Of a stretch of DNA of 30,617 bases, positions 24,500 to 30,617 are shown in pieces. Made by a program: the position numbers and the translations under genes. The notes beneath the pieces are model-generated. The model was not told the DNA's origin, ran no database searches, and saw nothing but the letters and a program-made list of their open reading frames with translations. Numbering within the stretch: position 1 is the first letter of the stretch; each line of letters starts with the position of its first letter. The DNA comes from Ginkgo biloba (lineage: Eukaryota > Plantae > Ginkgophyta): contig JANKJI020000004.1 in NCBI GenBank assembly GCA_024626585.2, positions 165,371,740 through 165,402,356 of the forward strand, read 5' to 3'.

Positions 24500-26630
24500 T
24501 TCTCCTCCTACTAAAATAACTATTTAGAAGTAATACCTTCACCCAAAAGGCTTTCTTTTAACAAGTCCGTCCAATTTAATTTCTGGTGAGATAGCTTGCC
24601 CTTTGAATAGATTGCAATCTCCTTCCCAGCCAAGAGTTGGACCTCCAAAAGATTGGAGACCTTTGGCCCACATGCCTCACCAATGCCCTTCACTGAAAAA
24701 CTACTAACCTCCTCCCTCATGTCACTTTTGGACATAATAGGGCCAACCTGCTTTGAATGATTAGGAAACTCGTTACACTGAAGAGAAGGAGAAAGGGAGA
24801 TTAGATTGAATTCACCTGATCCATGAAGGCTATCTTCCACCCCTGTTCGATCGACCTACTCTAGGGCGTAGCTCTCAGCTTTCAACTATTTGATTGGGCA
24901 TAAAGAAGCTTCTTCCATGACAAGAACCTCTATAGAGTCATTCATCGATTTTATCAAACAGTTTGCAACCATCCTCTGAGCCATCGCGCTTGATCCACTA
25001 CTTGTCTTTAAGAACCTCTAACAGGCTTAGATGGATGATTTCATGCATGACATGGATATTGGTGATTAATACTACTTGGATATAATCCTTCAATTCAGTC
25101 ATTTACTTCCTTAATTCAAACAAAGAAACTCTGATAGTAGAGATCTTGATATCAGTGTTATTGGAGACTTCCTTCACCAATTGATAAAGGTTCCATTTTC
25201 ANNNNNNNNNNNNNNNNNNNNNNNNNNNNNNNNNNNNNNNNNNNNNNNNNNNNNNNNNNNNNNNNNNNNNNNNNNNNNNNNNNNNNNNNNNNNNNNNNNN
25301 NNNNNNNNNNNNNNNNNNNNNNNNNNNNNNNNNNNNNNNNNNNNNNNNNNNNNNNNNNNNNNNNNNNNNNNNNNNNNNNNNNNNNNNNNNNNNNNNNNNN
25401 NNNNNNNNNNNNNNNNNNNNNNNNNNNNNNNNNNNNNNNNNNNNNNNNNNNNNNNNNNNNNNNNNNNNNNNNNNNNNNNNNNNNNNNNNNNNNNNNNNNN
25501 NNNNNNNNNNNNNNNNNNNNNNNNNNNNNNNNNNNNNNNNNNNNNNNNNNNNNNNNNNNNNNNNCTTTTGCCCTTAAATTTGGATGTGAAATTGACCTAG
25601 GTTTATTCCCTTTACTACTTCCAATCTCCACGAGCGGATCCTTTTGAAGAGTAAGGATCATATCTTTTCCTTGAGTACACTAGTCTCTTCATCCATTCGA
25701 GGATAATGCGTTAACTATATCAACCTCTGAAGAAGGGATCCTTGCAGACATAGAAGTTTTCAACTGATTTGGTCCCAAGTTGGGTATTTAGACTCGCACA
25801 TCGTTTACTGGAAGAAGAGGACAAGATTTGACCAGATGGCCATACTTCCTGCAGTTGAGGCATCTGAAAGGCAGTCCCTCATAATCAATCCCTTTAATAA
25901 ATTCGTGGCTTCCAAAAATCATTCCTATACTTTTCGGCAATCCTTCTGCTATGTTAATAATGATGCAAATATGGGTATCGGTGGCATTTCTATTCCTATT
26001 TTGTAAATTTGAATACATTATGTACTCCCCAATACAATTACCAATCAACTCGAAAGTATGTTTATTCCATAGATGGAGCGAAAAGAATGGTAATTGAACC
26101 TAGATTGGTAATTTAACTGGATTTTCACTCCGTGGATCAAACTCTAGATACCACAAATATAAACTTAAACCCTTGCCTCCCATAAACTAAGGTTCTTTTT
26201 CAAGGATTCGAAGTTTCTCCTTCCTTGTGCCAAAAATGACCATAAAATATCCTCTCTCAATTAGAAAAAATTCTACCTGACTCTACACCAATTTCACCTA
26301 AGAAGCATTCATCCATTGCTTAAGCCCTAATGGAGATAATTACTGCCCATTAAATTTATCGATCTTCCCGAGCTCTTGAAGTCTAGATCTTCTTGAATAC
26401 GAAAATTGCTCATCAACCCTAACCTGAGACCCACACTCTCTTCTTTTGGTAATCGATGAACTTGATCCCGAATTTGGGAAGGCTGAACTAGAAAACCTTT
26501 GAATCTTCTTCCCACTCAAGGGATTTACCGCTTGGATGTACGATTTCCTCCTGTCCACAAGAGATCCTCCACCATTCGGTGGATCCTCCTTCACAGAGCT
26601 ACCTCCTTGCTCCATCTTCCCTATCAACCT
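24500..26630 (-). mobile_element. Plant L1-type LINE, ORF1 pseudogene (DUF4283 + zinc knuckle), no ORF2 visible
   Basis: RGYFMVIF...EKEP*FMGGKGLSLYLWYLEFDP...LPI*VQLPFFSLHLW...IGNCIG (DUF4283) followed by IDYEGLPFRCLNCRKYGHLVKSCP (CX2CX4HX4C). Conserved Trp codons have decayed TGG>TAG. N-terminal SYIQAV motif in ORF 26340-26627. Confidence 0.9.
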
Positions 26631-28953
26631 AATTAATAGTTATATTAGTCATCAACATTAATAATAATTAAAATGATACAAACAATCAGTCACAACGAAT
26701 AACTACCTAATCACAGGAACCCTAGGTTGCCAATATTACTTGTAGGATTATATTGTAACATATCATATATAGTCATATCGATTCAATATTGGTTTGGTTC
26801 CTATTAGTGCATTTCAACATTTAATAATATATTTTTTGGAGCCACTTGCCAAGGTTGCTCCAAGTGTTATCATAGATCTCGATCCTTTTGCCTTCCTTTC
26901 ATCTCTCTTGTGTTTTGTTTCTTCTATTGCTTCCATTCTCTTCATCCCTTTCTTAATATAAACTTTGTTTATTTGTTCTCACCTTCATCATAACCGTAAG
27001 CTTCCATTTTCGTTTGTTGTCTTTATCTCATTCTCACCTCCATCCTCCATCTCACAATACTACACAGTCTCATGTCTTCTTCTCGGACCTGTTCTCTACT
27101 TGTGTCATGGTTTCTATTTTTTATCCTCATCCATTTTGTCCTACTCAATTCCCATCTCAACCTTTTGTCAGCTAATGTTGGTCTCATTCCTCCGATCGTG
27201 TTAGGCATTAAACTTCAAAGGGTCGATCCGTCTAAGGCCAGTTCACTGTTACGTGCCAAAGCATGTTTGCTTGGAACCAAATTGCTATTCTAAGACACAA
27301 AACGCGGTTGCCAAATGCTGCGACCATTGTGACCAATCTACGTTGCAACTTTGTCATCCTTNNNNNNNNNNNNNNNNNNNNNNNNNNNNNNNNNNNNNNN
27401 NNNNNNNNNNNNNNNNNNNNNNNNNNNNNNNNNNNNNNNNNNNNNNNNNNNNNNNNNNNNNNNNNNNNNNNNNNNNNNNNNNNNNNNNNNNNNNNNNNNN
27501 NNNNNNNNNNNNNNNNNNNNNNNNNNNNNNNNNNNNNNNNNNNNNNNNNNNNNNNNNNNNNNNNNNNNNNNNNNNNNNNNNNNNNNNNNNNNNNNNNNNN
27601 NNNNNNNNNNNNNNNNNNNNNNNNNNNNNNNNNNNNNNNNNNNNNNNNNNNNNNNNNNNNNNNNNNNNNNNNNNNNNNNNNNNNNNNNNNNNNNNNNNNN
27701 NNNNNNNNNNNNNNNNNNNNNNNNNNNNNNNNNNNNNNNNNNNNNNNNNNNNNNNNNNNNNNNNNNNNNNNNNNNNNNNNNNNNNNNNNNNNNNNNNNNN
27801 NNNNNNNNNNNNNNNNNNNNNNNNNNNNNNNNNNNNNNNNNNNNNNNNNNNNNNNNNNNNNNNNNNNNNNNNNNNNNNNNNNNNNNNNNNNNNNNNNNNN
27901 NNNNNNNNNNNNNNNNNNNNNNNNNNNNNNNNNNNNNNNNNNNNNNNNNNNNNNNNNNNNNNNNNNNNNNNNNNNNNNNNNNNNNNNNNNNNNNNNNNNN
28001 NNNNNNNNNNNNNNNNNNNNNNNNNNNNNNNNNNNNNNNNNNNNNNNNNNNNNNNNNNNNNNNNNNNNNNNNNNNNNNNNNNNNNNNNNNNNNNNNNNNN
28101 NNNNNNNNNNNNNNNNNNNNNNNNNNNNNNNNNNNNNNNNNNGAGGTAATAGTACTAGAGCAAGAGACAATCATGACAGAAGATACACAGTGCAAAGTTG
28201 AGGGAGGCAATGATCCATTAATAGGAAAGGTATCCTGCGAAGAAGTCAATCCAGAGGATTCATCAAAGCCTAAAGACTATCAAGAAAAATATATTGTTAA
28301 AGATGATAAGCATGAAATAGAGAAAGAAGCAAGTGATATCATAGAGAAGGTGTGTTGACGCAATTGAGCAAGGGTATCATGAAAAAAATGAATTCATTAA
28401 TGACAAACAATAAGAAGACCATATGGAAAAACCTAGCATTGAATAGGACAAATATGAGGGCGAGCAAGAAGTAGGTCATAACAAAAATAAGAATACATTG
28501 ACAGGAGTATGCAAGAGCATTGGCAAAATGGCAAGGTTATTGGAGATAGGCAGCTTAATATTGTGTCTAATATAAAAGAAGAGGCCCAAGACTACAATGA
28601 GACCACGAACAAGATATTTGACAACCAAAGATATGATAGCCAATATATATGGCTTTTGAAAAGACTTTATGATAAAAATCCACTGTGGGTAAACAATTTA
28701 GAAGATTATCTACGTACACCACGACCTAAAGACATTGAAAATGTGCTTCAATTGATGTTTGCATCGATCTTTGATCAATGAAGTTGGTTTGGAAAAAATT
28801 CAAAAAAGTAGTAGCTTCTATGCGTTGAATACATATTTGACAAGAATTGGGAAACATTCGTGAAAATGCAATTTAGAATTCTTTGCAAAATGAGAGTGAG
28901 AAACACAAATAATAATGTACTATATAGAAATTGTAAAAATTGACCAATTTTAC

Positions 28954-28977
28954 ATATATATATATATATATATATAT
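28954..28977. repeat. (AT)n microsatellite, ~12 units
   Basis: Seen directly in the sequence. Confidence 0.95.
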
Positions 28978-29329
28978 TTCAAAATATAATAGATTCTTAT
29001 GTAGAAAATTTAGAAAGCTAAAAGACTCCTAAAATAAGTTATCAATATAACATAAAGTCATGGGTTGATTTGCTTTCATTTATGCATTATATAGACCTAG
29101 TAACTGTTGACTGCTTCGAGTATGTTTATTGTAGCAAGGTTAGCATGCCAATGTGTCGCCACTGAGTCTTGACAGTGCGATCGTTGCTCTCACCAACGGT
29201 TGAGTGTTAGGGTGGGCAGAGGCATTGACAGTTAACCTAGGTCTTAACAGCTAGCGGTCAACGTGTAGTATGCAACAATCATGTGCAAATGAGACAAGTA
29301 GATGAATGCATTATGTAATAGAGAACATA

Positions 29330-29800
29330 CATTTGCTTGAAAAATGTACACAGAAGTAGATAAATAGAATTGTTTTGTATTACTGCTTTATTGATTACAT
29401 AGTGAATGAATATACAGAAGACTAAATGAATTAGATCCCAGATGATGATATTTTGCCCAAATGGGCTTACAATATATATAGTGCTCAGAACTATGTTCTG
29501 GGAAGAGACATGGTTGTCAAAACAAAGGGGTGTGCCCCTTGTTTACTGACTACGGTGTAATTAGGTGCTAATTAGACTGTTCCCAATTTTTGTTTTCTGT
29601 CGTTCGTTGAACGATGGTGAGTCGTTCGACGAACAATAGTGTATTTTCTCACTATTTTTTCTGCTTTCACTGCTGCGTTTGATGCTGCCGTTTCTGTTGC
29701 CTTTTACCCTGTCAACAGTAACTATAGAATTGAAGTTATAAATACATAAAGAATTAACTTTGAAAGATGAATAAATGTTGTAAAATACTAAGAAAAGATA
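29330..29800 (-). mobile_element. Possible LTR-like segment of a younger element
   Basis: Minus-strand CTATATATATTGTAA TATA-like motif (~29468-29482) with AATAAA (~29387-29392) downstream, and locally preserved CpGs (gtcgttcg twice). No partner LTR, PBS or PPT found. Confidence 0.3.
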
Positions 29801-30617
29801 CGGAGTTCCCAAAAGTTCCCTATCGAGAAATGTTTCACTCCAGAAATTTAGGGTAGAAAATTGTTTGTTTTCATGTGAAATGCATTTCATAGTAAATATG
29901 CTCAAATCCTTAAAGATCTAATGAACCCACTTAGATGAAAAAATCTTACTTTGAATTTGGATGTCAATCATTCAGGATCCATCTTTTGATTTATCCATGA
30001 AATAATGTCCTGGTCACCAATGCAAACTTCGTTTTGGTCCCTTTTTGGGTCCAAAAATTGTATTTGAAAATTTGTTTTAGCATATCATGATTAACCTAAT
30101 GTGAGAATATGTGTGTTGATTAATAGACGCTTGAGGCCTTAAGGATTTGAACAATGACCAAAATTGCAAGAGACGTGTGCTTAGCTTGTAAGTATGCCAG
30201 TTTTTCTCAAAGTGTTTTTTTAACTCCCATTTCAATGCATATGTCATGTTAAAATCTAAATTTGAACATCTAAATGTGAGGGAGTCCTAGGGAATCAAAA
30301 TTATTAAGGTTTGCTTGTGCGCGTCTCATAGTTGAATTTAACAAAATTAATTTCAAATTTACCTTAAATAGTTTCAAAGGTTGCCATTTATGGATTGGAA
30401 CCTACATTTAGATGTCTCAAACTTGTCTTTTTGAGATTTTGAGGGCCCAAAACTATTTTATAATTGTAAGTTTGAACCTAAAATCAAATTAGAGACCTAG
30501 TTTGTTAACCCTAGTCAATACATCGATTCAAGAAGGTGTAAGAACTTGGTTACTCTGTTGGGAATCCACTGATGCCGCATTTTTGGAGCCATTATCGGGG
30601 CTGCACTAGCCAGGTAA

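Noticed and set aside
27232-28358. Long ORFs of ~300 aa in the ORF track (also 3338-3988, 25158-25661 and others)
   Set aside because: They are open only because they run through N gaps.
28143-28860. Purine-rich, E/K-rich broken ORFs
   Set aside because: Probably a decayed TE coding region, but it has no diagnostic motif and cannot be assigned.
30540-30617. GC-richer segment ending CAG|GTAA, a possible exon
   Set aside because: No frame resembles the expected next EXO70A exon, two frames contain stops, and it is cut by the window edge.

Overview
AT-rich, gap-riddled eukaryotic (plant) genomic DNA, most consistent with a large-genome seed plant, probably a gymnosperm (inference). The only host gene evidence is two + strand exons of an intron-containing EXO70A-type exocyst subunit gene (15348-15443 and 16023-16228). 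No other exon is recognisable in the ~15 kb upstream or ~14 kb downstream, so the window looks like two very long introns filled with transposons. These include degenerate Ty3/Gypsy pol remnants, a possible Copia remnant, an L1-type LINE ORF1 and a foldback/MITE-like element. A minus-strand chromovirus-like LTR element (16558 to >22201) has an iMet PBS, a PPT, an apparently ~2.8 kb LTR and a short visible internal region. I found no convincing new biological system. The best leads are that LTR element, the antisense bias of the intronic TEs, a sharp CHG-depletion boundary near the exons, and the divergent EXO70A protein. All alignments were made by eye, and many 100-N gaps are probably of unknown size.
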